This document shows, in pieces, positions 20,608 to 31,319 of a stretch of DNA of 64,000 bases. The notes beneath the pieces were generated by a model, which was not told the origin of the DNA, searched no databases, and worked only from the letters and a program-made list of their open reading frames with translations. A program made the position numbers and the translations under genes. The DNA is from a virus: IMG/VR virus record IMGVR_UViG_3300003629_000001; one strand, given 5' to 3'. Position 1 is the first letter of the stretch; the number at the start of each line of letters is the position of its first letter.

Positions 20608-23600
20608 ATGAGCCTGACCAAAGACCTTGCGGACGCACTCGCTGGTACGGTAGCCAAACAACACCCGGCTTTTCGGAGTAGTACCAACTGGCTTCCGTAT
20701 CGTGGCCCGCGAGGTGGGGAAGGGTACATCAACACCTACACCGGCGACGTAGTGTACGGAAGTGACCGGCCCGGTGGCGGGTGGGACAGTGACGGCGAGA
20801 TTGAGGTAGACGAGTCGTTCCGTGCCGCCCCTGACGGCTACGAGTGGGAGCGCCCACCGATGAACTACGACGTGAAAGACGAGATTGACGAAGCCAACCC
20901 GGACAACGTAGACGGCTTCCTCGAAGCGAAGTTCAGTGGCGACCAAGTTATCTACGAAGACGGTCAAGGTGAAGAGGCCCCGCACAGTTGGGGTCGCGTC
21001 ACTGGTGCGCGTGTGGATACGTACACCAATCTCGGTGGTCATGAAGTGACGGGTGTCGTTCTCGAACTTGAATCGGGTGACGACGTGCCATTAAATCGTG
21101 TCTTGAAGCACGTCAATACGTCACAAGACCCGAAATACGAAGCGTGGCAACTGGCCGACGACAATCCCCACGAAGACGATTTGGAAGACGTAAGCGAGAA
21201 AGTCTATCATTCGTTCTCTCACGACGAGTTCGAGTGGAAAGAGTACGCTGACTGGCGAAATGACGCCAAAACGCTCCCTGTTCTTTCTGAACATGGTGCT
21301 GACGATTTGTGGAAAGCCATGAGCGCGTACTTCGACCGTGAGTCCATGAACGACCTACGGGCGGATTTAGCCAGTTGGAAGAGCGACAGTGACCGTGGCA
21401 CTGGCCGTTACTCCGACATTGCGAAAGAGGTGTTCGAGATTGACGCGGTGTCTCGGGATAATCGCTACGGGGAAGAATGGGATACAAGCAACGAGGAAGA
21501 CTTTAAACGGGCGGTAGAAATTCTCTCTGACGCATCTCGTCGGTTTTACGAAGACCAGTACGAGAGCGACGACCTGTTCCGTGGAATCTCCCGACACGGC
21601 TTTCGGAGTCTCGTCAAGGGGTGGCTGGAAAACCCCGGCGCTGACGAGTTCGAGGTGGAACACAGGGCGCTCGCCAACTACTCCGCCGACCACCGGGTCG
21701 CCCGTGATTGGGCTGGGAATACGGTTGTCATTCAGCCGGATATTGACCCGGAAGACATAGTGCTGGCTATCGACGGCTTGAATTTCTCCGGTGTCCACAA
21801 CACGGAATCCGAGGTGCATATGCGGGGCGACCGGATTACCCTCAAGCCTGACGACGTGAAACTCAAGACACGCCGAGATACACAGGGTCGAACATCATGG
21901 CCGGAACGAAAGGCTGGGTTAAGCGAACCAGCCGAGAACTGGTCAGCGAACGACGCGGAGAACTTCAGTAGGGCTATCAGTCTAATCTACGACGACGAAA
22001 CGCCTGACGAGGAAACCGCGCTTCGCTTCCTACGTATCGCCAAGGCTCACGAAGACCACATTGAAGACAAACTAAACAGCGACCGCTTCAATTTCGAGCG
22101 CGACAGGTTCTTTACGACGGGAACCGCTGGCCCCGGTGAAGCCCACGGCGAAGTGATTGAGTGGGAAAACGAGTATCTGGACTTACTCGGTCGTATCGAA
22201 GCGGAACACGGCCTCAATCTATCCAGCGTAGAGAAGGCCGAGAATCCGCCCGGTTCGCCTGACGAGACGCCGGTTGTAGACTTGACCGAGGATTGGTTCT
22301 TGTCCCCGGAACACCGTGACGACCCGGAGAGAGCCGAGAAACAGGTACAGAACGTCATGGGCGAGTGGGTTCCGTACCAAGGCCCCCGAGGTGGCGAAGG
22401 CTGGCAACGGATTAGCGACCAAGAGGTAGTGTATCAAGACGACCCGCCCGGTGACGTAGTGGAAGGCGTCGAAGAGAACTTTTGGGAGCGCTACGGTGAA
22501 GGCGACGAGTCCCAAGACACCAGCGGATACTATGACGCTGACGAGTGGGACGACGCTTTTGAGGGCATGAATATTGCCGCTCCGTCTGACGTTCCCGAGG
22601 GGGCTGAAATCTACTATATCTCGTCGGTCGGTAATCACCACGAAGGACGCGTTGTGGGCTATGAATACGGTGAGAACATCGAAGGCGCTGACCCAACGCC
22701 CGCGTATCTCAAAGTCGTTGGTGACGACGGTTACGAAGCCTCTGTCACGGCTGACCAGATTCAAGAGATTACGGATATGCCGCATGAGGCCGAAGTACCC
22801 GAGTTCGAGTGGGATACAGATATTCCACCGATTAACGAACTACAGGAAGGCGCTGACGTGCTGTACGAAGGCGAGAACGGCATTCGTCGTGTTGGCGAAT
22901 ACGAACGTCCGACGTTCGTTCAGACGGAAGAAGGGACGTTTGGTGGTGTTGTTCTCGAAGACGGAACCGAGATTCGGCTACAAGATATGGTGGCCGTGGA
23001 CGAAGGGCCGGTTCCGCTTGAACCCCGAGAAGACCCCTTCGAGTTCGAGTCGGTGGTCAACGAGGGCGATTTCCGTGGATTCCGCGCTCCTGACGAGACG
23101 TGGGACAACCTACTCGAATTTACCCCGTTTGACGGCCTTGGCGAAGTTCCGCTGGGTGCGACGGTGGAGTTCGATACTCCGAAACTGAACGGAACGATTG
23201 AGGGTGAAGTGACTGGGTACATCGACTACGACGCGTCGATAGGCGAAACGAACTCGCTACGCGTCCAGACCGAAGACGATTACGTGGGAGAAACGACAGT
23301 AGGGCCGAGTAATTTCGTTCGATTCATTGGCCCTGAAGGCGACCAAGATTTATCGCTGGAAGAGTATCTGTCCAATCCGTTTGCACACGCTCACAAGGTC
23401 GAAGGCTCTCGGGAAGCCGGTATCACTGGCGGGAACACGACTGGGGAGAAAATGAAAATCGCTACCATGCCGGACGACTCGCTAATCTTTGCGACTCCGG
23501 TGGAAGCCTACAATCATATCACAACGGGCGTGGTTGATAGTGCGGCTGAAGCACGCGAGAACAATCTGAATAGCCCTATTATGATTGACCACCTCGGCGG

Positions 23601-24741
23601 GGGAGCGTGTAAAACACGAATCGTGGAAGGGCCGGACGGAGGTGAGTATATCGCTAAAGAGGGTATCGAAGGCGACGACTTGAGAAGCCGCCAGTGGTCG
23701 ATAGACGAAAACGACGACGCTGAACTTATGGACTCCCTCGCTCGCACTTCGGCGGCGGCGTTCTTTGTTGGCAATCAAGACCTTCACTCTCACAATATCC
23801 GGGTCAACTTCGATACACAGGAAGCGACTGTAATCGACCACGACGCCGCTGGTGGGAGTCATTTTGGTAGTTTCATGGACGTTAACAGAGTTGTCAACGA
23901 CCCGCTTAGTACCTCTCAAGTCGAAAACGAGATATACGATATTGCGCGGGATTATATGAGAGGCGACCTTGACGTTCCCGAGGAACTGAAAGGAACGAAC
24001 CACGAATCCTACTTCAAGGACGCCATAGACAAACTGGCGAACGACGAAAGCCATTCAGACCTATTTGAACCGTGGGGCGGCGACCCGCACAGTCTTCCGC
24101 GTCATGCGGATAGCATGGACGACTTTCAGGAAGGGCAAGAAGTGACAGTTCTGACGAGTGACGGACACGTTCGCACAGGAGAACTCACCCAGTTCTATCA
24201 AGGGACTTGGTATGGTGAGACGGACGACAACTACGAAATTTCGTTCGATATGCCGCACCACGTTCTCTCGTCCGAAGAGCCAAAAATTCCGATTGAACCG
24301 ACCGAAGAATCGGCGGCGCTCATGGACGCACTGGCTGACCGAGAGGATTCATACGACTCCTTAACCGACCTTGAACCCGGTATGGGTATCACGATTAATC
24401 AGGGGTTTAGCGACGAAGAGGTGCTGGTTGAAGAGGTGAAAACGGACGGCCCGGTGACTCAAGTAGAAGTTCGTCCGACTGACGGTGGCGACCCATTCCA
24501 CGTCAATCAGTGGGACGACGTAGTTCAGGTTGGACGGGAACGGAACTGGAATGGTGAGTTGGACGACCTAAACACTGGTGAAGAGATTCGGGTCGAAGAC
24601 GAAGACGGTGAAGAGATTAGCGGGACGTTCATGGGCTACGACGCTGACAGCGGAGAGGTAGAAATCCAAGACGCACCGGGACGGATTGTCACGGTGGACG
24701 CGCCACGTAACGTCCAGCGGTTGACGGGTGATTCAGAATGA
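20608..24741 (+). CDS. Array protein 6: polyprotein with 2 WIPY tags, ART-like domain, kinase and beta-barrel repeats
   Basis: Tags at 20689 and 22366. ART LFRG..ANYS..ESE at ~21575-21815. Kinase GNQDLHSHN..VIDHD at ~23770-23845. Confidence 0.75.
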   Translation: MSLTKDLADALAGTVAKQHPAFRSSTNWLPYRGPRGGEGYINTYTGDVVYGSDRPGGGWDSDGEIEVDESFRAAPDGYEWERPPMNYDVKDEIDEANPDNVDGFLEAKFSGDQVIYEDGQGEEAPHSWGRVTGARVDTYTNLGGHEVTGVVLELESGDDVPLNRVLKHVNTSQDPKYEAWQLADDNPHEDDLEDVSEKVYHSFSHDEFEWKEYADWRNDAKTLPVLSEHGADDLWKAMSAYFDRESMNDLRADLASWKSDSDRGTGRYSDIAKEVFEIDAVSRDNRYGEEWDTSNEEDFKRAVEILSDASRRFYEDQYESDDLFRGISRHGFRSLVKGWLENPGADEFEVEHRALANYSADHRVARDWAGNTVVIQPDIDPEDIVLAIDGLNFSGVHNTESEVHMRGDRITLKPDDVKLKTRRDTQGRTSWPERKAGLSEPAENWSANDAENFSRAISLIYDDETPDEETALRFLRIAKAHEDHIEDKLNSDRFNFERDRFFTTGTAGPGEAHGEVIEWENEYLDLLGRIEAEHGLNLSSVEKAENPPGSPDETPVVDLTEDWFLSPEHRDDPERAEKQVQNVMGEWVPYQGPRGGEGWQRISDQEVVYQDDPPGDVVEGVEENFWERYGEGDESQDTSGYYDADEWDDAFEGMNIAAPSDVPEGAEIYYISSVGNHHEGRVVGYEYGENIEGADPTPAYLKVVGDDGYEASVTADQIQEITDMPHEAEVPEFEWDTDIPPINELQEGADVLYEGENGIRRVGEYERPTFVQTEEGTFGGVVLEDGTEIRLQDMVAVDEGPVPLEPREDPFEFESVVNEGDFRGFRAPDETWDNLLEFTPFDGLGEVPLGATVEFDTPKLNGTIEGEVTGYIDYDASIGETNSLRVQTEDDYVGETTVGPSNFVRFIGPEGDQDLSLEEYLSNPFAHAHKVEGSREAGITGGNTTGEKMKIATMPDDSLIFATPVEAYNHITTGVVDSAAEARENNLNSPIMIDHLGGGACKTRIVEGPDGGEYIAKEGIEGDDLRSRQWSIDENDDAELMDSLARTSAAAFFVGNQDLHSHNIRVNFDTQEATVIDHDAAGGSHFGSFMDVNRVVNDPLSTSQVENEIYDIARDYMRGDLDVPEELKGTNHESYFKDAIDKLANDESHSDLFEPWGGDPHSLPRHADSMDDFQEGQEVTVLTSDGHVRTGELTQFYQGTWYGETDDNYEISFDMPHHVLSSEEPKIPIEPTEESAALMDALADREDSYDSLTDLEPGMGITINQGFSDEEVLVEEVKTDGPVTQVEVRPTDGGDPFHVNQWDDVVQVGRERNWNGELDDLNTGEEIRVEDEDGEEISGTFMGYDADSGEVEIQDAPGRIVTVDAPRNVQRLTGDSE

Positions 24742-27700
24742 CAGTAGTTGTATATGAACTGAACGACGACGCGGAGTACGAGGAACTGGGTAGCCATACC
24801 GACCAAGAGGCCGTGGAGAACGACGACCTACTGGATATTTTTCCTGAACAGGTGTGGCAAGACCACTCCGACGAATGGCTCTCCGAGCGGATTGACGGCC
24901 CTTACGTCATGGCCGCAATTCAGGACGAAGACTCCGAGACGACAGAGAAAATCAGTATGTGGACACCCTACGTCGGCCCGAACGGTGGCGAGGGCTACCA
25001 ACATATGCTGACTGACGAAGTTCGTTACGTGGACGAGGAACCCACTGACGACGAAGCACCCGGCAATGACGTTGACGTAGACGAACCCGAGAGCGGTGAA
25101 CTGAACGAAATGACCGGGATTTCGGACGCGTCGTATATTGAAGACAATCTTCCGGTCACGGCGACGTGGGAGAATGACGACGGTGAATCATTCGTTGGTC
25201 AAATCGAAGAGGTGGATTACGGCGGCTTTGACGAGAAGTTTGTAATTGCCGCTACCAACGGACGGCGCTACGAGGTGAATGGTGACGATTTGACCGGGTA
25301 TATCGAACCCACGCCGGAATACAACCCGGAAAGTGACGAGGAAGACGGACGGATTCGGGACGGATTCGAGCGGATAAAGGAAAAACTTGGCGAGGGTGTG
25401 ATTCCACCGCGTCCAACTCCCAATATGGGTAATGGTGGCTCTCGTCCCGAACAGAGCGATTTCCGACAAATCGCGTCGGAAGACGACGCCGAGAAACTAC
25501 AGCAGATTATCGACACTGGCGACACTGGGAATATTCAGGTCGGAATCGAAGCCGTCGGTGACGGAGTAGACTACGGCCCGTGGGACGCTGATACGGATAA
25601 TCTCAATTACTTCGACGGCGGTCAGTTCACGAACATCGACGTGGAAATGCCGGTCGAAGATTTCCTTGCCACACAAACGGATATGTTGTCGTCTGACCGG
25701 AACCATCCACAAGAAGCCTACGAGTCGTTCCACCGAGTTCGGACTGACGACGTAGAAGAGTACGCCGAGGTGTTACAGAACGAACCGGGTGAAATGCCCA
25801 TGCCGTACATTGAGTTCGGTCGCAACGGCAATATGCGGAACTCACAGGAAGGCCGACACCGCGCTCTCGCGGCGCGTATGGCTGGGTTAGATACCATGCC
25901 GGTTCGGTTCGTTCTAAACCCCGACCGCGACGGAAAAGGCGCTGAAGACCGTGTTGACTGGGGTCAGGATTTGAGTAAGCCGGTGGAGAAACGCACAAAG
26001 TGGCGTCCATATCTCGGCCCGCGTGGTGGTGAAGGCTGGATTAAGCCGTTCAGTTTCACCGACGACAAAATTGTCTACGACGAAGAACCACCGGGTGAAG
26101 TATCGCCGGAGTACAGCGAGGATTACTGGCACGACCGCCCGTCTCCGGTCAACGAAGATATTGTTAATTTGGTGGATTCGCACCTCGAAGGCGTTCGAGC
26201 GCGTCCGTACAAGTTGGACGAACCGACAGCGGATTTCTTCGAGGAAGGACTGGAAGCCGGGTATCACCCGAACGCCGTTTCCGAAGCCGCTGAATGGAAA
26301 CTGAAAAGCATGGAAAAGGAGATTGGGGACGGTGGGCGACTCGAAGAGAACGACGTTCAGAAGGTACTCCGAGACGCCGCTACCCAGTTCCTTGACCGCC
26401 AAACCGAGCAAGAGATAGAGATAGAAGGTGGCAAACGAGGTGGTGGGGTTATCTCTCTCGGTGAAATTGACAACAACTTCAAACGAGACTGGTGGGATAA
26501 CTTCGAGTCTGAAATAGGCTACACCGACGACCAAATGACGAACGAGAAGCCTGCTTACAGTGCTATTCGCAACTGGTCTATCACCAGTAGTATGTTCAGT
26601 CAGTCTACAGCGCCACTAATCAAAGCGGCCATGCGAGAGAGCGACAACGATTTCATTCCGGTCAACGGCGAAGAGGTGCGTGAGACAGACGTAACCGACC
26701 GAGAAATCGAACACGTTCTCGAATACAAAGAGGCCATGACTGAACTGTACCGGAGCGTCTACGGTGACACGGTTCCGTGTTTCCGTGGCATTGACGGTCA
26801 GAGTAGTCAAATCGACGGAATGCGCGAAGATATACAGGAAGGCAAGGGTATCGAACTTCCTGAAGCCACCCTCTCTTCGTGGGCGACGGAACCCGGAACC
26901 GCCATGCGATTCGCCGGGAGCATCCACACTGACGGCTACAGCGAAGGTGGTGTCGTGATTCGTCAAGAGGTTCCGGTTGAACAACTATTCGTGACTGGCG
27001 ACACTCACCCCGGCCTTCTTAATAACGAGAACGAACTTGTTGTTAACGCGCCGGAACCCGAGACGCGCTACGAACCCGACAACCTGATTCTCCCGAGTGA
27101 GACGACAGCACTCGAACAGGCGGTGTGGGCGGCGGAACGTGCTAATAGGGATACTGACGTGAGCGAGGAAGCCGCGAAGGCTGTCCAGCGAGCGCTCCTT
27201 TCCAAACAGGAAATGAACCAGTACGCTTCAATCGCAATCGAAAACTACGATTGGTTCCGTCAGACTGTCGGTGAGCAAACCCAACCCGACATTAAGTCGA
27301 AAGAGTGGATTCCGTATGAAGGGCCACGGGGCGGTGAAGGGTGGCAAAATACGGAAGACCGAGACGATATTCGATATGGGCTGGAAGACCCGCCCGGTGA
27401 AGTGGCCGAGGGGTACGAAGACATGGCCGAAGACTGGGGGGCGGGAGAAGACGCTGTAGAAATCCCCGAGAAGTTCGAGGGAGAGTACGCCCCGGAAGAC
27501 ATTACGCCGATTCCCGGCGACCCTGCTGAATGGGGTGACGAGTTCCCAATTAGTGAAGGACAGACACTACTCGGTCAAAATTGGGAATGGGATATAGAAA
27601 ATCTCTGGTTCCAAGGTAGCGATACACACGTTCCTGAACCTCGAATGGAATTAGCAATTCCGACTGGTGTTAGTCACAAATTTGGTTACGTATCCGATTC

Positions 27701-30700
27701 CGTGAAGTTACAGGGTATGGAACCCGGTTGGTTCAAGAATCCGGCTATCCCCAGCAAGCAAAACAAGCAAGAGTTCGTCGGAGTCGTCGGAGAACCTGAA
27801 CCACGAGATATGAGTTTCAACCCGACTGGTGAAGCGGCGAATGCTTCGTTTGATTTAGACGAAGCGGCTGAAAGAATGAGTCAGGAGATTCGTGACCGCA
27901 ATTCGTGGGAAAACAAAAAGGCTGGAATTTACGCGGCTGAACTAATAGAAGAGCATGACCCGAGTTACGAAACGCTACTCGCTATCACTCGTTACGGGCT
28001 GGAATCAAATGGTCAGAGTATAAACGAAGACCGCGATATAGACGACGCTCAAGAAATTGTCTTGGACGGTATCGACCAACACCTTGACAATGAAGCACCT
28101 GACCACCCCACGCTCAAGGGCAAACTGTCGTTAAGTCACGCTGACCCCGAATTGACCGAAGATTTCATGAGTCGTATGACACCCGATACCCGAGAGACTG
28201 TCAATACGGCTATGGGTGAATGGATTCGTGGTCAGGGGAGTATGGTGGACGAGTACACACTTCCAATTTACCGACTGGCCGCTCACACCTACGAGAACGA
28301 TTTCTACCCGACGCGTGGTGACGTAGGGAAACTCATTGCGGAAGCCGACGACGTGGAAGCCGCTGACAGTCTCGAAGTTCGTCAAGAGAGGCTGGAACGC
28401 TATCGTCAAAAGACCGTAGAGACGTTCCGTGAAGTGTTCGGTGATACCGTTCCGGTGTTTCGTGGCTACGACCCCGGTGAACAATCCAAAGGTAAAGAAG
28501 CACGGGAAGCGCTACAGGCTGAAGACGCCCCGTCAGAGATAGAGATTCGTAATGGTGTGGCGAACTCATGGTCTACAAACCCGACCGTCGCATTTCAGTT
28601 TTCGACGTGGAATACCGAAGATTACCCCGGTATTGTTGTCCGCCAAGAACTCCCCGTTGAACAAATATTCGGGTCGTCTGATACCACTACCAGTGGTCGG
28701 TCTGACGAAGCGGAAATCGTTGCTGGCAATCCTGAAGAGTACACTAACCACAGCCGCGACGACGTATTCCTTCCCGAAGAGTTCGACCCGATTGAGCAAA
28801 TGCGGTGGGCGCTTTCGGGTATCGAAAATGACGCCAGTGAAGAGGAAGAGAAGGCTGACGGGGAAACGCTATCACTTGACTGGGAACTCGAATCGGTTGA
28901 CTGGCTACGTCGTTACCGGAAGATGGAAGACGCACTCACGAAAGAAAACTGGACTCCTATAGACGTAGGCGACCAGAGAGGCTACCAGCACGTCGTCAGC
29001 GGAGAGACGATAGTATCCAAGGCTGGTATCCCGTTCAGCAACACGGCGCGTCAGGCGGGCCACACGCCGCTGTCAGCGGTGGTTATGGACTCCGACGCAC
29101 TGGGGAAAGAGTGGGTTCCATATCACGGCCCACGGGGCGGTGAAGGGTGGCGGAATACAACGACCGAGAATATCCGCTACGGACTGGACGAAGCACCGCG
29201 CCCAGCCGAGAACGACCCCGACGAACTCACCGAAGAGAACATCGAAGAGGCTGATATTCAACAGTCGTTCGGCCTCATGCAAACTACAGCCAACGACTTG
29301 GTAGAAGGTGAGAAACTACACTTCGAGGTTCAAGGCCACCCCTACGAAACCCGCGTTCAGGAAGTGACCGACGACGCGATTCACGCGATAGACACCGAGA
29401 CGCACCGCGAGTTCGAGATTCCGACCGACGAGCGAGGAATGGCCGAAAGCGGGCTAACACTGGCTTCGCCACAAGCGGTATTCTTCGGCCACGGTATCGC
29501 TGGGTCGGAGTCGTCGTGGCTACCCGAGGAAGACGAACCGAGTCAGATAGAACTCGAAGCCGAAGCGCTTCGTTCCGCCGCGTCCACCGACGGATTCGGT
29601 GATACCAGTTACATTGAAGGCTTCGCCGCACGGGCGAGTGAACTCGGTGCTGGACGTGACGAGATTACCAACGCGATTCACGGCGCTCTCGAAGAACACC
29701 CCGCACTGAACACGGATTTGGCCGACGAGATTTACGAGAACGGTCAGCGGCTATTGGAAATCGAAGAGTCGCTGACGGACAAGTCACTCGCTCGCTCCTA
29801 TCCCATTACCCCTATCAGGACTATGCGGAAGGAGTGGATTCCGTACCGTGGCCCACAGGACGGAGAGGGCTGGCAAAACGTCAACAATCCCGACGACATT
29901 CGATACGGACTCGAAGACCCGCCCGGTGAAGTGGCTGAAGGCTACGAAGAACAGGCGGAAGACTGGGGGCCGAGTAGCGACGAGGAACCCGACCGAGTTC
30001 AGGGCGCGACCCTCGTAGACTACAACATTCCGGGGAGCGACAAGGACATTCAAGTCCCGAAAAACTTCACGGCTGACGACTTGAAGAACACCATTCGGCG
30101 GTTCCGAGACGACAACGAAGGCGACCTACTCACGGAACTGGCGAACGTCGTTCAAATGCAAAACGACGGCAACCTAAACGACAAGATGGACGTGCTTCAT
30201 GGCACGGCTGAAGTGCTGGGGAACCACCCGGAGATTATCGACCAGTACAACGACCTGCTACACGAAGAGATAGCCGATACTCCAAACGCCAACTTCGACG
30301 TACCATTCGGCTTCGACGGTGTGGACGTTCACAATATGCTGGAAGACACCTTTGGCCCCCACAGTGAGATTGTGGGTGAACTCGAAGATATGGTTCTGTT
30401 CGGGGACGTGGACGAAGAAAAAGCCGACAACTGGATTACCGCCGCCGAAGGCTGGATTCGTAACTACGGCGACCGGAAAATGGCGGACAAGTTCAAGGAT
30501 ACCATAGCCGACGCGGAGTTGGCGAATCCGTTCTCAAACACCGACGAGTACGCCGCACAGGAAGAGATTAGCGACGACCTAAACCCAGCAAAAGCGTCCC
30601 GAGTTGTGCCTATTTCGGATACTGAAGCGTCTACGGGTATCAGCGCTGACAGTATGTTCATAGCCGAGTACGACGACGGACACCGAGCATTCGTCACCAA

Positions 30701-31319
30701 CACCAGTCACCACCGCTCGGAGCGGATTGACGAGGTACGGAATCAAGGCGAGGAAGACGCCGAGCGGGCTATGGCTGGCTACGAAGCCTTCAAGGCCGCT
30801 GGTATGGACGTTCCTCGCCACGAACGGCTCAAGACGGAATACTGGACAGTTGAAGAGGCTGACGGTCAACCAGCGAGGGAGTGGGGCGGTGAACCGGACG
30901 AAGCCATGCGTGACCAGTTCGCTAAACTCGGCGCTGTCGCCATGCTCTCGGGGAACTGGGATATGCACGGTGGGAACGTCTTCGTGACCGAGAACGGTGG
31001 TCTGATTCCAGTTGACCTTGACTTGTCGGGTCACGATATGCAATCCCGCGACTGGAAGCACACGTCGTGGGGGCGACTCAAGAGTTTGGGTCGAACGCTG
31101 AATATGTACGAGGTGAGAGGTGACGATAACGAAGTTCTCGAACTCAAGCGAGACGTGGCCCGTGCGACACAGGAACTAATCGAAGACGGAACAGCCGACG
31201 ATATAAAGAGTATGGCGTCCAACGTGGATAATAAGGATATTCAAATGGCTATCGAAGAGAACGTCTTCGCCGCCAAAGGTGGGCGGCTCTACGACGACAG
31301 AGTGCGGGGTGACGAATGA
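24738..31319 (+). CDS. Array protein 7: 2193-aa polyprotein with DGP domain, 5-6 WIPY tags, ParB/Srx-like domain, 2 ARTs and a kinase
   Basis: Tags at 24960, 26001, 27306, (28950), 29112, 29835. Motifs QEGRHRALAA; FRG..LSSW..ENE; FRG..NSWS..EAE; GNWDMHGGN..PVDLD. Confidence 0.8.
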   Translation: MTVVVYELNDDAEYEELGSHTDQEAVENDDLLDIFPEQVWQDHSDEWLSERIDGPYVMAAIQDEDSETTEKISMWTPYVGPNGGEGYQHMLTDEVRYVDEEPTDDEAPGNDVDVDEPESGELNEMTGISDASYIEDNLPVTATWENDDGESFVGQIEEVDYGGFDEKFVIAATNGRRYEVNGDDLTGYIEPTPEYNPESDEEDGRIRDGFERIKEKLGEGVIPPRPTPNMGNGGSRPEQSDFRQIASEDDAEKLQQIIDTGDTGNIQVGIEAVGDGVDYGPWDADTDNLNYFDGGQFTNIDVEMPVEDFLATQTDMLSSDRNHPQEAYESFHRVRTDDVEEYAEVLQNEPGEMPMPYIEFGRNGNMRNSQEGRHRALAARMAGLDTMPVRFVLNPDRDGKGAEDRVDWGQDLSKPVEKRTKWRPYLGPRGGEGWIKPFSFTDDKIVYDEEPPGEVSPEYSEDYWHDRPSPVNEDIVNLVDSHLEGVRARPYKLDEPTADFFEEGLEAGYHPNAVSEAAEWKLKSMEKEIGDGGRLEENDVQKVLRDAATQFLDRQTEQEIEIEGGKRGGGVISLGEIDNNFKRDWWDNFESEIGYTDDQMTNEKPAYSAIRNWSITSSMFSQSTAPLIKAAMRESDNDFIPVNGEEVRETDVTDREIEHVLEYKEAMTELYRSVYGDTVPCFRGIDGQSSQIDGMREDIQEGKGIELPEATLSSWATEPGTAMRFAGSIHTDGYSEGGVVIRQEVPVEQLFVTGDTHPGLLNNENELVVNAPEPETRYEPDNLILPSETTALEQAVWAAERANRDTDVSEEAAKAVQRALLSKQEMNQYASIAIENYDWFRQTVGEQTQPDIKSKEWIPYEGPRGGEGWQNTEDRDDIRYGLEDPPGEVAEGYEDMAEDWGAGEDAVEIPEKFEGEYAPEDITPIPGDPAEWGDEFPISEGQTLLGQNWEWDIENLWFQGSDTHVPEPRMELAIPTGVSHKFGYVSDSVKLQGMEPGWFKNPAIPSKQNKQEFVGVVGEPEPRDMSFNPTGEAANASFDLDEAAERMSQEIRDRNSWENKKAGIYAAELIEEHDPSYETLLAITRYGLESNGQSINEDRDIDDAQEIVLDGIDQHLDNEAPDHPTLKGKLSLSHADPELTEDFMSRMTPDTRETVNTAMGEWIRGQGSMVDEYTLPIYRLAAHTYENDFYPTRGDVGKLIAEADDVEAADSLEVRQERLERYRQKTVETFREVFGDTVPVFRGYDPGEQSKGKEAREALQAEDAPSEIEIRNGVANSWSTNPTVAFQFSTWNTEDYPGIVVRQELPVEQIFGSSDTTTSGRSDEAEIVAGNPEEYTNHSRDDVFLPEEFDPIEQMRWALSGIENDASEEEEKADGETLSLDWELESVDWLRRYRKMEDALTKENWTPIDVGDQRGYQHVVSGETIVSKAGIPFSNTARQAGHTPLSAVVMDSDALGKEWVPYHGPRGGEGWRNTTTENIRYGLDEAPRPAENDPDELTEENIEEADIQQSFGLMQTTANDLVEGEKLHFEVQGHPYETRVQEVTDDAIHAIDTETHREFEIPTDERGMAESGLTLASPQAVFFGHGIAGSESSWLPEEDEPSQIELEAEALRSAASTDGFGDTSYIEGFAARASELGAGRDEITNAIHGALEEHPALNTDLADEIYENGQRLLEIEESLTDKSLARSYPITPIRTMRKEWIPYRGPQDGEGWQNVNNPDDIRYGLEDPPGEVAEGYEEQAEDWGPSSDEEPDRVQGATLVDYNIPGSDKDIQVPKNFTADDLKNTIRRFRDDNEGDLLTELANVVQMQNDGNLNDKMDVLHGTAEVLGNHPEIIDQYNDLLHEEIADTPNANFDVPFGFDGVDVHNMLEDTFGPHSEIVGELEDMVLFGDVDEEKADNWITAAEGWIRNYGDRKMADKFKDTIADAELANPFSNTDEYAAQEEISDDLNPAKASRVVPISDTEASTGISADSMFIAEYDDGHRAFVTNTSHHRSERIDEVRNQGEEDAERAMAGYEAFKAAGMDVPRHERLKTEYWTVEEADGQPAREWGGEPDEAMRDQFAKLGAVAMLSGNWDMHGGNVFVTENGGLIPVDLDLSGHDMQSRDWKHTSWGRLKSLGRTLNMYEVRGDDNEVLELKRDVARATQELIEDGTADDIKSMASNVDNKDIQMAIEENVFAAKGGRLYDDRVRGDE

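Noticed and set aside
20608-31319. Giant ORFs as tape measure, virion RNA polymerase or surface proteins
   Set aside because: A TMP exists at 53898. No polymerase motifs or signal peptides are seen, and the content is explained by repeated tag-enzyme modules.
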